Of a stretch of 64,000 nt of DNA, positions 26,348 through 39,400 are shown piece by piece. Under the pieces are notes generated by a model. That model was not told where the DNA came from, made no database searches, and saw nothing but the letters and a program-made list of their open reading frames with translations. Every line of letters starts with the position of its first letter. Within the stretch, counting starts at the first letter, position 1. Both the position numbers and the translations under genes were made by a program. Source of the stretch: Mobula hypostoma (taxonomy: Eukaryota); assembly GCF_963921235.1 (NCBI RefSeq), contig NC_086097.1:244220001-244284000 (forward strand). Reading direction: 5' to 3'.

Positions 26348-27137
26348 AACACGAGAATATCTGCAGATGCTGGAAATTCAAGCAACACACACAAAATGCT
26401 GGTGGAACGCAGCAGGCCAGGCAGCATCCATAGGAAGAAGCACATTCGACGTTTCGGGCCGAGACCCTTCATCAGGACTAACTGAAAGAAGAGCTAGTAA
26501 GAGATTTGAAAGTGGGAGGGGGAGGAGGAGATTTGAAATGATAGGAGGAGACAGGAGGGGGAGGGATAAAGCTAAGAGCTGGAAGGTTGACAAAAGGGAT
26601 ACAAGGCTGGAGAAGGGAGCGGATCATGGGATGGGAGGCCTAGGGAGAAAGAAAGGGGGAGGGGAGCACCAGAGGAAGATGGAGAGCAGGCAAGGAGTTA
26701 TTGTGAGAGGGACAGAGAGAGGAAAAAAAAGGATGGATGGATGGATAGATAAATAAATAAATAAAGGAAGGATGGGATAAGAAGGGGAGGAGGGGCATTA
26801 ATGGAAGTTAGAGAAGTCAATGTTCATGCCACAGGTTGGAGGCTACCCAGACAGAATATAAGGTGTTGTTCCTCCAACCTGAGCGTGGCTTCATCATGAC
26901 AGTGGAGGAGGCCTCGGATACATATCAGAATGGGAATGGGACGTGGAATTAAAATGTGTGGCCACTGGGAGATCCTGCTTTCTCTGGCAGACAGAGCATA
27001 GGTGTTCAGCAAAACGATCTCCCAGTCTGCGTCGGGTCTCACCTATATAAATAAGGCCGCACCGGGAGCACCGGACGCAGTATATCACACCAGCCGACTC
27101 ACAGGTGAAGTGTCACCTCACCTGGAAGGACTGTCTC
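26348..27137 (-). mobile_element. 5'-truncated Penelope-like element (GIY-YIG endonuclease, pyrimidine-rich 3'UTR, pseudo-LTR)
   Basis: ORF 26894-27088 IYCVRCSRCGLIYIGETRRRLGDRFAEH. The 10-bp TSD ACACTCCTCA lies at 26338-26347 and 27138-27147. Confidence 0.92.
26444..26479 (-). ncRNA. Minimal type I hammerhead ribozyme motif
   Basis: Minus strand reads AGTC-CTGATGA-A-GGGTCTCGGCCC-GAAA-C-GTC-GAAT. This gives an intact CUGAUGA/GAAA/GUC core, a stem II hairpin, palindromic ACGT in place of stem III, and stem I with one mismatch. Confidence 0.8.
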
Positions 27138-29859
27138 ACACTCCTCAGACCACTTTATTCCTACAATCACCCTCGTGAACCCCCTCTGGACTCTCCAATG
27201 ACCGCACATCCTTTCTGAAATATGGGGCCCAAAACTCTTGACAGTACTCCAAGTGTGGCCTGACTAGTGTCTTACAAAGCCTCAGCATTATCTCCTTGTT
27301 TTTATGTTCCATTCCCCTTGAAATAAATGCCAACATTGCATTTGCTTTCTTTACCACAGGCTCAATCTGTAAGTTAACCTTCTGGGAGTCTTGCACAAGG
27401 ACTCCCAAGTCCCTCTGCACCTCTGATGTTTGAACCTTTTAGATTATAGTCTGCACTATTGTTCCTTTTACCAAAATGCATTATCATACATTTCCCAACA
27501 CTGTATTCCATCTGCCACTTTTTTTGCCCATTCTTCCAATTTGTCTAAGTCCTGCTGCAATCGCATTGCTTCCTCAGCACTACCTACCCCTCCACCTATC
27601 TTCGTATCATCCACAAAATTTGCTACAAAGCCATTAATTCCACCATCTAAATCAACAACAAACAATGTGTAAAGTAGCAGTCCCAATACGACCTCTGTGG
27701 AACACCACTAGTCACTGGTGGCCAACCAGAAAAGGTCCCTTTTATTCCCACTCGCTCCCTCCTAACTGTCAGCCATTCCGCTATCCATGCTAGTATTTTC
27801 CTGGAATGTCATAGGATTTCATCTTGTTAAGCAACCTCATATGTGGCACCTTATCAAATGCCTTGTGAAAATCCAAGCAAATGACATCCCTTGCCTCTCC
27901 CTTGTCCACCCTGCTTGTTACTTTCTCGGAGAACACTAACAGATTTGTCAGGCAAGATTTCCTTTTACAGAAACCATGCTGACTTTGACTTACTTTCTCA
28001 TTAGTATCCAAGTACCTCGAAAACTCATCCTTAATAATGGACTCCAACACTTTACCAACTGCTGAGGTTAGGCTAATTGGCCTATAACTTCCTTTCTTTT
28101 GCTTTCCTCCCTTCTTAAAGAGTGGAGTGACATTTGCAATCTTCCAGTCCTCCGGGACCAGGCCAAAATCAAGTGATTCTTGAAAGATCATGACCAATGC
28201 ATCCGTTATCTCTTCAGCAACCTCTCTCGGGATGCTGGGATGTAGTCCATCTGATCCAGGTGACCTTAAGACCTTTGAGTTTGCCTAGCACTTTGTCGTT
28301 TGTAACAGCAATGGCACTCACTCCTGCTCCCTGAAACTCACAGACCTCTGGCACACTGACAGTGTCATCCATAGTGAAGACAGATGCAAAGTACCCATTA
28401 AGTTCATCTGCTATTTCTTTGTCCCCCATTACTACCTCACCAGCATCATTTTCCAGTGGTCCAATATCAACTCTCACCTTCCTTTTACTCTTCATATAAC
28501 TGAAAAAACTTCTAGTATCCTCCTTTATATTATTGGCTAGTCTTCCCTCATATTTCATCCTTTCCCTTCTTATACATTTTTTAGTTGCCTTTTGTTGGAT
28601 TTTAAAATCTTCCCAATCATCCAACTTCCCACTTACTTTTGCTACCTTATATGCCCTTCCCTTGGCTTTGATGCAGTCGTTAACTTCCTTTGTCAGCCAC
28701 GGTTGCCTACCCCTGCCATATAACATATAACAAATTACAGCACAGAAACAGGCCATCTCGGCCCTTCTAATCCATGCCGAACTCTTACTCTCACCTAGTC
28801 CCACCAACCTGCACTCAGCCCTTAACCCTCCATTCCTTTCCTGTCCATATATCTATCCAATTTAACTTTAAGAACCATTTGTGATTTGAGAACTTCTTCC
28901 CCTGTGGAACATATTTATCCTGCACCTTGTGAACTCTTCCCAGAATCTTCAGCCATCTCTGCTCTGCCATTATCCCTGTCAGTATCCTCCTCCAATCTAA
29001 CTGGGCAAGCTCCTCTCTCATGTCTCTAATTCCCTTTATTCCATTGCGCTACTGATACATGTGAGTTATGATTCTCCTTCTCAAAGTATGAATTCAATCA
29101 TATTGTGATCACTGCCTCCTAAGGGTTCATTTACATTAAGCTCCTTAATAAGATCTGGGTTATTACACAACACCCAATCTAAGATAGCCTTTCCCCGAGT
29201 AGGCTCAAGCACAAGCTGCTCTAAAAGCCGTCTCATAGGCATTCAAACAAATTCCTTCTCTTGTGATCTGACATCAGCCTGGTTTTCCCAATCCCCTTGC
29301 ATATTAAAGTCCCCCATTACAATTGTGTCATTACCCTTATTAAATGCCTTTTCCAGCTCAATTTGCAACCATACCCCTCCCATCCATATCCTATCCAATT
29401 AGGCCACGTAGAGTCATGGAACATAAAAAGAGGCTCTTTGGCCCATCTAATCTGTGCGAACTAATATTCTGCATAGTGCCAATCAACCTGCCTACCCATG
29501 TACCTATCCAGTTAGGCCATGGAGCACTACAGCATAGAAGCACGTCCTTCACCCATCTAGTCCATGCCAGCCTTATATCAGGCTTTACATTTCAGGGGCA
29601 GCTATTCCTTGTCCATTCTGTTCAAAGTAATGGATGAAGAGCCAGAACTTGCATACAGTGATGCCAAATAACTGATTTCTTGCAGACCACGGGAAAATCA
29701 ACAAAATGGGAACTTTAGGAACTGGAAATAAATGATTAAAACTAACCTCCAATTATTAATTGCAAATTTTTTTTAAATCCAATGCATTATTGCCATCAAC
29801 ATGTAATTGAATTGGCCTGTTCTGATCAATACTGTTAATGAGAACAGCATTAACCTGAT

Positions 29860-30262
29860 GACATGTCGATTTCTCCTTCCAGTAAAGAAAATTCCCTCCC
29901 GCTTCCCTCATCTACTCTTCCCCACTCAAGCCTCTTACCTCTTCTTACCTGCCTATCACCTCCTGGTGAAGCCCCTCCTCCTTCCCTTTCCCCTGTGGCC
30001 CACTCTCCTCTCCTATCAGATTCTTCCCCTCCAGCCCTTTATCTTTCTCACTCACCTGGCTTTTCCTTTCACCTTCTAGCTATCCTCCTTCCCCTTTTTA
30101 TTCTGGCATCTTCCTCCTTCCTTCGCAGTCCTGAAGAAGGGTCTCAGCCCAAAATGCCAACTGTTTATTCATTTCCATAGACGCTGCCTGACCTGCTGAG
30201 TTCCTCCAGCATTTTGTGAATGTTGCTTTAGATTTCCACAATCTGCAGACTTTCTCATGTTA
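29860..30262 (+). mobile_element. Penelope 3'UTR/pseudo-LTR remnant with a decayed hammerhead (30127-30163)
   Basis: AGTCCTGAAGAAGGGTCTCAGCCCAAAATGCCAACTG, followed by GCTGCCTGACCTGCTGAGTTCCTCCAGCATTTTG. Confidence 0.85.
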
Positions 30263-30566
30263 ATGTATGAATAACTTTGGTTAAAATGTTGCTCAATTTC
30301 AGCTTCATCTCGAGCTGGAAAATACACAGAACATAGAAAAGTACATCACAGTACTGGCCCTTCAGCCCACAATTTTGTCCCTATCTTTTAACTTATTCCA
30401 AGATCAATCTAACCTTCCCTCCTACATAGCCCTCCATCTTTCATCCAGGTGCTACTTACTGAGAGTCTCTTAAATGCCTGTTCTTGCACCACCTCTTTGA
30501 TTTATGAAGGCCAATATGCCATGGATTATGGATTAGTAGGTTCATAAATTGTGGGAATGTTATATT

Positions 30567-33500
30567 ACATAGAACATAGAATAGTACAGCACAGTACAGG
30601 CCCTTCGGCCCACAATGTTGTGCTGACCCTCAAACCCTGCCTCCCATATAACCCCCCACCTTAAATTCCTCCATATACCTGTCTAGTAGTCTCTTAAACT
30701 TCACTAGTGTATCTGCCTCCACCACTGACTCAGGCAGTGCATTCCACGCACCAACCACTCTCTGAGTAAAAAACCTTCCTCTAATATCCCCCTTGAACTT
30801 CCCACCCCTTACCTTAAAGCCATGTCCTCTTGTATTGAGCAGTGGTGCCCTGGGGAAGAGGTGCTGGCTATCCAATCTATCTATTCCTCTTATTATCTTG
30901 TACACCTCTATCATGTCTCCTCTCATCCTCCTTCTCTTCAAAGAGTAAAGCTCTAACTCTCTTAATCTCTGATCATAATCCATACTTTCTAAACCGGGCA
31001 GCATCCTGGTAAATCTCCTTTGTACCCTTTCCAATGCTTCCACATCTTTCCTATAGTGAGGTGACCCGAACTGGACACAGTACTCCAAGTGTGGCCTAAC
31101 CAGAGTTTTATAGAGCTGCATCATTACATCGCGACTCTTAAACTCTATCCCTCGACTTATGAAAGCTAACACCCCATAAGCTTTCTTAACTACCCTATCC
31201 CCCTCTGAGGCAACTTTCAGGGATCTGTGGACATGTACCCCGAGATCCCTCTGCTCCTCCACACTACCAAGTATCCTGCCATTTACTTTGTACTCTGCCT
31301 TGGAGTTTGTCCTTCCAAAGCATACCACCTCACACTTTTCCGGGTTGAACTCTATCTGCCACTTCTCAGCCCCTTCCTGCACCCTATCAATGTCTTTGAC
31401 AATCCTCTACACTATCTACAACACCACCAACCTTTGTGACGTCTGCAAACTTGCCAACCCACCCTTCTACCCCCACATCCAGGTCGTTAATAAAAATCAC
31501 GAAAAGTAGAGGTCTCAGAACAGATCCTTGTGGGACACCACTAGTCACAATCCTCCAATCTGAATGTAGTCCCTCCACCACCACCCTCTGCCTTCTGCAG
31601 GCAAGCCAATTCTGAACCTACCTGGCCAAACTTAGAAACATAGAAACATAGAAACATAGAAAATAGGTGCAGGAGTAGGCCATTCGGCCCTTCGAGCCTG
31701 CACCGCCATTTATTATGATCATGGCTGATCATCCAACTCAGAACCCTGCCTTCCCTCCATACCCCCTGACCCCTGTAGCCACAAGGGCCATATCTAACTT
31801 CCTTTTAAACATAGCTAATGAACTGGCCTCAACAGTTTGCTGTGGCAGAGAATTCCACAGATTCACCACTCTCTGTGTGAAGAAGTTTTTCCTAACCTCG
31901 GTCCTAAAAGGCTTCTCCTCTATCCTCAAACTGTGACCCCTCGTTCTAGACCTCCCCAACATCGGGAACAATCTTCCCGCATCTAGCCTGTCCAATCCCT
32001 TTAGGATCTTATACGTTTCAATCAGATCCCCCCTCAATCTTCTAAATTCCAACGAGTACAAGCCCAGTTCATCCAGTCTTTCTTCATATGAAAGACCTGC
32101 CATCCCAGGAATCAATCTGGTGAACCTTCTTTGTACTCCCTCTATGGCAAAGATGTCTTTCCTCAGATTAGGGGACCAAAACTGCACACAATACTCCAGG
32201 TGTGGTCTCACCAAGGCCTTGTACAACTGCAGTAGTACCTCCCTGCTCCTGTACTCAAATCCTCTCGCTATAAATGCCAGCATACCGTTCGCCTTTTTCA
32301 CCGCCTGCTGTACCTGCATGCCCACTTTCAATGACTGGTGTATAATGACACCCAGGTCTCGTTGCACCTCCCCTTTTCCTAATCGGCCACCATTCAGATA
32401 ATAATCTGTTTTCCTATTTTTGCCACCAAAGTGGATAACTTCACATTTATCCACATTAAATTGCATCTGCCATGAGTTTGCCCACTCACCCAACCTATCC
32501 AAGTCACCCTGCATCCTCTTAGCATCCTCCTCACTGCTAACACTGCCACCCAGCTTCGTGTCATCCGCAAACTTGGAGATGCTGCATTTAATTCCCTCAT
32601 CCAAGTCATTAATATATATTGTAAACAACTGGGGTCCCAGCACTGAGCCTTGCGGTACCCCACTAGTCACCGCCTGCCATTCTGAAAAGGTCCCGTTTAT
32701 TCCCACTCTTTGCTTCCTGTCTGCTAACCAATTCTCCACCCACACCAATACCTTACCCCCAATACCGTGTGCTTTAAGTTTGCACACTAATCTCCTATGT
32801 GGGACCTTGTCAAAAGCCTTTTGAAAATCCAAATATACCACATCCACTGGTTCTCCCCTATCCACTCTACTAGTTACATCCTCAAAAAATTCTATGAGAT
32901 TCGTCAGACATGATTTTCCTTTCACAAATCCATGCTGACTTTGTCCGATCATTTCACCGCTTTCCAAATGTGCTGTTATCACATCCTTGATAACTGACTC
33001 CAGCAGTTTCCCCACCACCGACATTAGGCTAACCGGCCTATAATTCCCCGGTTTCTCTCTCCCTCCTTTTTTAAAAAGTGGGGTTACTTCCCTGGATCCC
33101 ATGCCTTCTAACTTTCTGAATAAGCCTACCATGTGGAACCTTGTCAAATGCCTTACTAAAATCCATATAGATCACATCCACTGCACTTCTCTCATCTATA
33201 TGACTGGTCACCTCCTCAAAGAACTCTATCAGGCTTGTTAGACATGATCTGCCCTTCACAAAGCCATGCTGACTGTCCCTGATCAGACCATAATTCTCTA
33301 AGTGCCTATAGATCCTATCTCTAAGAATCTTTTCCAACAGCTTTCCCACCATAGATGTAAGGCTCACTGGTCTATAATTACCCGAACTATCCCTACTACC
33401 TTTTTTGAACAAGGGGACAACATTCGCCTCCCTCCAATCCTCTGGTACCATTCCCGTGGACAACCAAGGACATAAAGATCCTTGCCAGAGGCTCAGTAAT

Positions 33501-34532
33501 CTCTTCTCTCGCCTCGTGGAGCAGCCTGGGGAATATTCCGTCAGGCCCCGGGGACTTATCTGTCCTAATGTATTTTAACAACTCCAACACCTCCTCTCCC
33601 CTAATATCAACATGTTCCAGAACATCAACCTCACTCATATTGTCCTCACCATCATCAAGTTCCCTCTCATTGGTGAATACCAAAGAGAAGTATTCATTGA
33701 GGACCTCGCTCACTTCCACAGCCTCCAGGCACATCTTCCTACCTTTATCTCTAATCAGTCCTACATTCACTCCTGTCATCCTTTTTTTCTTCACATAATT
33801 GAAGAATGCCTTGGGGTTTTCCTCTACCCTATTCGCCAAGGCCTTCTCATGCCCCCTTCTTGCTCTTCTCAGCCCCTTCTTAAGCTCCTTTCTTGCTTCC
33901 CTATATTCCTCAATAGACCCATCTGATCCTTGCTTCCTAAACCTCATGTATGCTGCTTTCTTCCACCTGACTAGATTTTCCACCTCACTTGTCACCCATG
34001 GTTCCTTCACCCTACCATTCTTTATCTTCCTCACCGGGACAAATTTATCCCTAACATCCCGCAAGAGATCTCTAAACATCGACCACATGTCCATAGTACA
34101 TTTCCCTGCAAAAACATCATCCCAATTCACACCCGCAAGTTCTAGCCTTACAGCCTCATAATTTGTCTTTCCCCAATTAAAAATTTTCCTGTCCTCTCTG
34201 ATTCTGTCCTTTTCCATGATAATGCTAAAGGCCAGGGAGTGGTGGTCACTGTCCCCCAGATGCTCACCCACTGAGAGATCTGTGATCTGACCCGGTTCAT
34301 TACCTAGTACTAGATCTAGTATGGCATTCCCCCTGGTCGGCCTGTCCACATACTGCGACAGGAATCCATCCTGGACACACTTAACAAACTCTGCCCCATC
34401 TAAACCCTTGGAACTAATCAGGTGCCAATCAATATTAGGGAAGTTAAAGTCACCCATGATAACAACCCTGTTATTTTTGCACCTTTCCAAAATCTGCCTC
34501 CCAATCTGCTCCTCTGTATCTCTGCTGCTACC
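30567..34532 (-). mobile_element. Young 5'-truncated CR1 (outer element) inserted in a SINE
   Basis: Long ORF2 pieces 33396-34490, 33071-33463 and 30630-31382. TSD TATATT at 30561-30566 and 34533-34538. Confidence 0.93.
31634..33085 (-). mobile_element. Very young 5'-truncated CR1 (inner element) with an uninterrupted RT frame
   Basis: 469-aa ORF 31738-33147 with intact [19 protein letters not shown] and FADDTK motifs. (TTTCTATG)n tail. ACTT duplicated at 31630-31633 and 33086-33089. Confidence 0.95.
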
Positions 34533-34659
34533 TATATTGATGCCAGTATCAAGACTGTATTAGTTGTTGACCCAAACAATGCATTTCGCTCAATGTTTTG
34601 ACATTTCAATGTACATGTGACATATAAAAGTAATCTTTAATTGCTATTTTTTTGAAGTA

Positions 34660-35601
34660 AATTTTCAAAGTCAAAATAAATTTTATTATCAAAGTATATA
34701 TATGTCACCATATACAACCCTGAGATTCATTTTCCTGTGAGAATACTCAGCAAATTTATAGAATAGTAATTATAACAGGATCAATGAAGGATCAACTAGA
34801 GTGCAGAAGATACCAACCTGTGCAAATGCAAATATAAATAAATAGCAATAAATAATAAAAACATGAGATAACGAGGCGAAGAGCCCTTAAAATGAAATCA
34901 TTGGTTGTGGGAGCATCTCAATGAATGGGCAAGTAAGTGTAGTTAACCTCTTTTGTTCAAGAGCCTGATGGTTGAGGGGTACTAATTTTTCCTGAGGCTC
35001 TTGTACCTTTTACCTGATGACAGCGGCAAGAAAGGACCATAGCCTGGGTGGTGAGGATCTCTGATGATGGCTGCTGCTTTCCTACGACAGCGTTTCATGT
35101 AGATGTGCTCATAGTTGGGAGGGTTTTACCCATGATGTACTGCACCAAATCCACTACCTTTTTGTAGGATTTTCCTTCCAAGGGTATTGGTGTTCCCATA
35201 CCAGGTGGTGATGCAGCCAGTCAATATATTCTCCATTACACATCAATAGAAGTTTGTCAGAGTTTTAGATGTCATGCTGAATCTTTGCAAAATCCTAAGG
35301 AAGCAGAGGTGCTGCTGTGCTTTCTTTGCAGTTGCACTTGAATGCTGGATCCAGAACAGATCCTCTGAAATAGAAACACCCAGGAATTTAAAGTTGCTTA
35401 ACCCCTCCACCTCTGATCCTCCAATGAAGATCAGCTCATGGACGTCTGGTTTTCCTCTCCAGAAGTCAATAATCAATTCCTTGGTCTTGCTGACATTGAG
35501 TGAGAGGTTGATGTTATGACACCGCTCAGCCAAATTTTCAATCTCCCCCATATGCTGATTCATTACCGCCTTTGATACGGCCCACAGCAGTGGTGTCATC
35601 A
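34660..35601 (-). mobile_element. Rex1/Babar-type LINE 3' part
   Basis: ORF 35243-35599 (LSLNVSKTKELIIDF, FKFLGV). Confidence 0.85.
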
Positions 35602-35717
35602 GTAACCCAAAGCATTACTGCAGCAACAGAAATTGAATTGGCCTGTTCTGATCAATGCTGATAACGAGATCAGCGTTAACCTGACAGTTGTGTAACCTGT
35701 TCTGATTTTACTCCTAG

Positions 35718-35975
35718 GTGCCGATGACTCAGAGTTCTCAAGGGATGTCTCAACAATCATACCCACAGACAATCGTACTGTCCAATCAGTCAGGTCAAGG
35801 AACACTTCCAGCTACTGGAATGTCTGTCTACTGCAATGTAATACCTCCTTCTCCTCAAAACAACCTGAGGTTGGTCACACCCCACTGCCCTGCCAGTAAC
35901 ATACCAGTACTCCCTGCTAACTGCAGGGCAAACTGTACAAACATCAGCAGCACCGGATGGCAGGTTAAATACTGA
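35718..35975 (+). CDS. ARPP21: Terminal coding exon of ARPP21
   Basis: Acceptor TTTTACTCCTAG|GTG. Encodes VPMTQSSQGMSQQSYPQ...LPATGMSVYCNVIPPSPQNNLRL...CRANCTNISSTGWQVKY*, matching the recalled ARPP21 C-terminus (...GWQVKF). Confidence 0.93.
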   Translation: MPMTQSSQGMSQQSYPQTIVLSNQSGQGTLPATGMSVYCNVIPPSPQNNLRLVTPHCPASNIPVLPANCRANCTNISSTGWQVKY

Positions 35976-36237
35976 AACAGTGTGGTAGGATATCAAAGAC
36001 AAAAGCATTTATGGACATGGTAACTTGAAAAAAAAAAGAATATTTGGAACATCATTCGAGGAACTAGAATTTAAATTCTCAGTAAATCACTGCTGGTACT
36101 GTTTAAAAAGTAAAGTTATATTTAAAAAAAATGTTGGTTACTGGTGCAGCGTAGTCATGTCCTTGCTAGGTATGCCTTTGTAGCGTAGCGAAATGACATG
36201 GAATATCTGGGATAAGATGTCTCCTACTGGTGGGTGC

Positions 36238-36244
36238 CACTGTG
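36238..36244 (+). promoter_or_regulatory. miR-128 7mer-m8 seed match
   Basis: CACTGTG is complementary to miR-128 nucleotides 2-8 (CACAGUG). Confidence 0.6.
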
Positions 36245-36441
36245 TAGATTGTAATATCCCGATACTGATTAGTTTTGTACTTCGTGTTGAGTTTGTGAAG
36301 CTGAAAAGTATTAAATTAATTATATTAAAATATACATTGTACCAAAGCTGAAAGAGAAGGAATTGCTGAATGGAAGGGATAATTTATAGATATTATAGAG
36401 TTTTTTAAATGGATATATACTGTATTGTAGTGCTTATTCAC

Positions 36442-36447
36442 AATAAA
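36442..36447 (+). terminator. Polyadenylation signal
   Basis: AATAAA with TGTA about 20 nt upstream and a T/GT-rich element downstream. Confidence 0.75.
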
Positions 36448-39400
36448 ACTATTTGACCTCATGGATAAAGGTCACATTTCTACCATGTGATTGGTTTTCT
36501 CTCTTGACAGTTCAATTAGTTAAGTGACAGTTCTTAAGTGTTTTTGACAGGAGTTCAAATGTTGTTCGGAAGCCAGCTGCTAATTCATTTTTTTGCACTG
36601 AAGTTGCAGCCATTAATGAAGTAAGACTCTTATGTTTATTTGCATATTTATTATTGTACAGTAAAATACATGTTTCCTCATCCTAAACCAACCGTTAATC
36701 AGAATAATCATTTGCAAGTTTAGGTAAATAGCTTGCTTTTCTCCACCTTTGACACATCAGTAGATAAACCTTAAATTTAATGACCCTCCCCAGATTCCAT
36801 CTATATAAGAAAGCTATTGACAAGGATGTTAATTCCGTAGATAAGTATTTTTATAAGGTGGTTAATATTTTGGAACTAATGGTATTGCTGATCTTCACGA
36901 TGTCAATGTGCGATGTGAAATAGTTTTTTTTATTATTGAGGGTAGATATTCTTGTGTTAGAAACTTCCTACACTAACAAAAGACTTTTCTGTGATCCATC
37001 CAAGGTAATATCTGACCTATGGGAAACCTCTAAAGCTTTCTAAAGTTTCTAAGTCACCAGATTGAATTAACCATTGCAAATTTGAATTATGATACAAACA
37101 GATGGCATTTAATATTGTAGTTCCACCACATGTAGTATTTCATTTTTGGATCGTTTAATTTGCTTGCATTTGAAGAGTTGAGAAATTAGATTTCAACTGG
37201 ATTCCCATAGAAATCTTTGATATAAGGTCTTCATGTGTGGATACTCCCATAGCAAACTAAACTGCTCAGTTTGTTATTCCAATTTAAAACCATAAGACCA
37301 TAAGACATTGGAAGAGAACTCGATACAATGCAGTATTTGGCCCCTCGAGTCTGCTCTGCCATTCCATCATGGCTGATTTATTATCCCTCTCAGCCCCATT
37401 CTCCTGTCTTCTCGCTGTGATATTTGACACCCCTGCTAATCAAGAACCTATCAAAATCAGAATCAGGTTTAATATCACCGACATATGTCATGAAATTTGT
37501 TGTTCAACATCTGCTTTAACAATACCCAATGACTTGACTTCCGAAGCTGCATGTGGCAATGAATTCCACAGATACATCACATCTCTGTTCTAAAGGGACG
37601 TTCTTGTATTCTGAGGCTATGCCCTCGGAATATTTCCACAATAGGAACATTCTTCTCCGTCTGTCTAGGCCTTTCAGTATTCGATAGGTTTCAATGAGAT
37701 GCCCCCTCATTCTTCTAAACTCCAGCGAGTACAGGCTGCAATCCTTCGAATGCAACTCCTATGTTAACCCTTTCATTCCCGGAATCATTCTCGTGAACCT
37801 CCTCTACCAGCACATAAATTGCCCAAAACTGCTCATAATACTCCAAAAGCGGCCTGACCAATACCACAGCATTACACCCTTGCCTTTGTATTCTAGTCCT
37901 CTTATATTTATTAATATACTGTTCATTGAACAGTATCCAGATTTCCAAAAGCTGATTTTTAGGGGTTGTGGGGTGGAGAGGTGGGGAAACAAATGCGGTT
38001 TCATTTCAGTACTTCAGAATCAAAATAATATCATTGGTATATGTTGAGAACTTTGTTGTTTTGCATCAGTGGTACAGTGCAATACATTATATTAAAAAAC
38101 TATTAATTACAAGAAGAAAAATATTAAAAAAATAAACAAGTAGTGCAAAAATAGAGCAAAAAAAAACAATAGTGAGAACGACTCAGAACTGATTCCACCA
38201 GTTTCCCAGCCCTAATTTACATCCCTGTAGGAGTTACAACTTAAAGCTTTTTCTTTCTATCCCATGTTTTGTATAATTTATGGTGTTTGGGATGGGGACA
38301 AAGGCAGCTGGAAAAGATCCCATGATTCAAGAATAGGAATCCAAGTAACGCTTAACAAAGATGCTTGAATACATGTAAAAGAAAAATTATAGTACTGCAG
38401 TTTGAACTCTTGAAAAATTATATTTGTGAAATAAGTTAGGGTATAAAGGGATCTAGAACATAGAACAGTACGGCACGTGAACAAGCAGGTCAGCCCCTGA
38501 TGCTTTGCTGAGCCAATTAATGATGTCTAGTTACATTAATCCCTTCTGCCCTCAATACCCCTCCATATTATTGTGCCTATCTAAAAGCCCCTTAAATGCC
38601 CCTATCCAGGCACCCATCATCTCTGTGTGAATAAACTTCTCTGGGTCATCTCCTTTAAACTTAGCCCTTCTCTCATGCCCTCTGCTAATAAAGATTCTTT
38701 TCCTAACGTGTAGGCATTTGGAATGTGGGAGGAAACCGGAGCACCTAGAGGAAACTCACGGGGTCACGGGGAAAATGTACAAACTCACTGGCAGGAATTG
38801 AACCCCTATCTTACAGCTGGCTGCTGTAAAGAGATAGCATTAGATGTCTCAACCTTCAGCCTTCAGAGTTCCAGAGAAAACAATCATAACTTGTCCAACT
38901 TCTCATTACAGTACATAAGACCACCAGACCATAAGATACTGGAGCAGAAATAGACCATTTGGCCCATCGAGTCTGCTCTGCCATTTCATCATGGCTGATC
39001 CATTTCCCTCTCAGCACCAATCTCCCGCCTTCATGCCCTGACTAGTCAAGAATCTATCAATCTCTGCCTTTAAAGATACATAAAGACTTGGCCTCCACAG
39101 CCACCAGTGGCAATGACCCACTGGTGAATTAGTGCACATGCCCTCTAATCCAGAGAGCATGGTGCTGAACCTCTTCTGCACCCTCTCCAAAGCCTCCACG
39201 TCCTTCCTATAATGGGGCGACCAGAACTGAACACAGTACTCCACATGTGGCCTGACTAGAATGTTATAAAGCTGCAACATAGCTTCTCCACACTTGAGCT
39301 CAGTGCCTTGACTCATACAGTCATTTTCAGGGAGCTGTGGACTTGGATCCCAAGAGCCCTCCGTACATCAGTATTGTATTTACTTTCCCAAGCCTTCTCT

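Larger units (their letters stand above)
25907..29370 (-). mobile_element. Degenerate CR1 (endonuclease to 3' tail) interrupted by a Penelope copy and by a small CR1-tail insert at about 28720-28874
   Basis: Collinear ORF2 fragments 27145-27420, 27468-27686, 27790-28197, 28214-28807 and 28815-29021. Confidence 0.9.
35976..36470 (+). other. ARPP21: ARPP21 3'UTR (end inferred)
   Basis: AT-rich, TE-free sequence after the stop codon, ending near AATAAA and followed by a GT/T-rich tract at about 36485-36505. Confidence 0.7.

Noticed and set aside
31738..33147. 469-aa ORF as a host gene or autonomous element
   Set aside because: It is a 5'-truncated CR1 RT lacking endonuclease, ORF1 and promoter, and its start comes from the flanking element.
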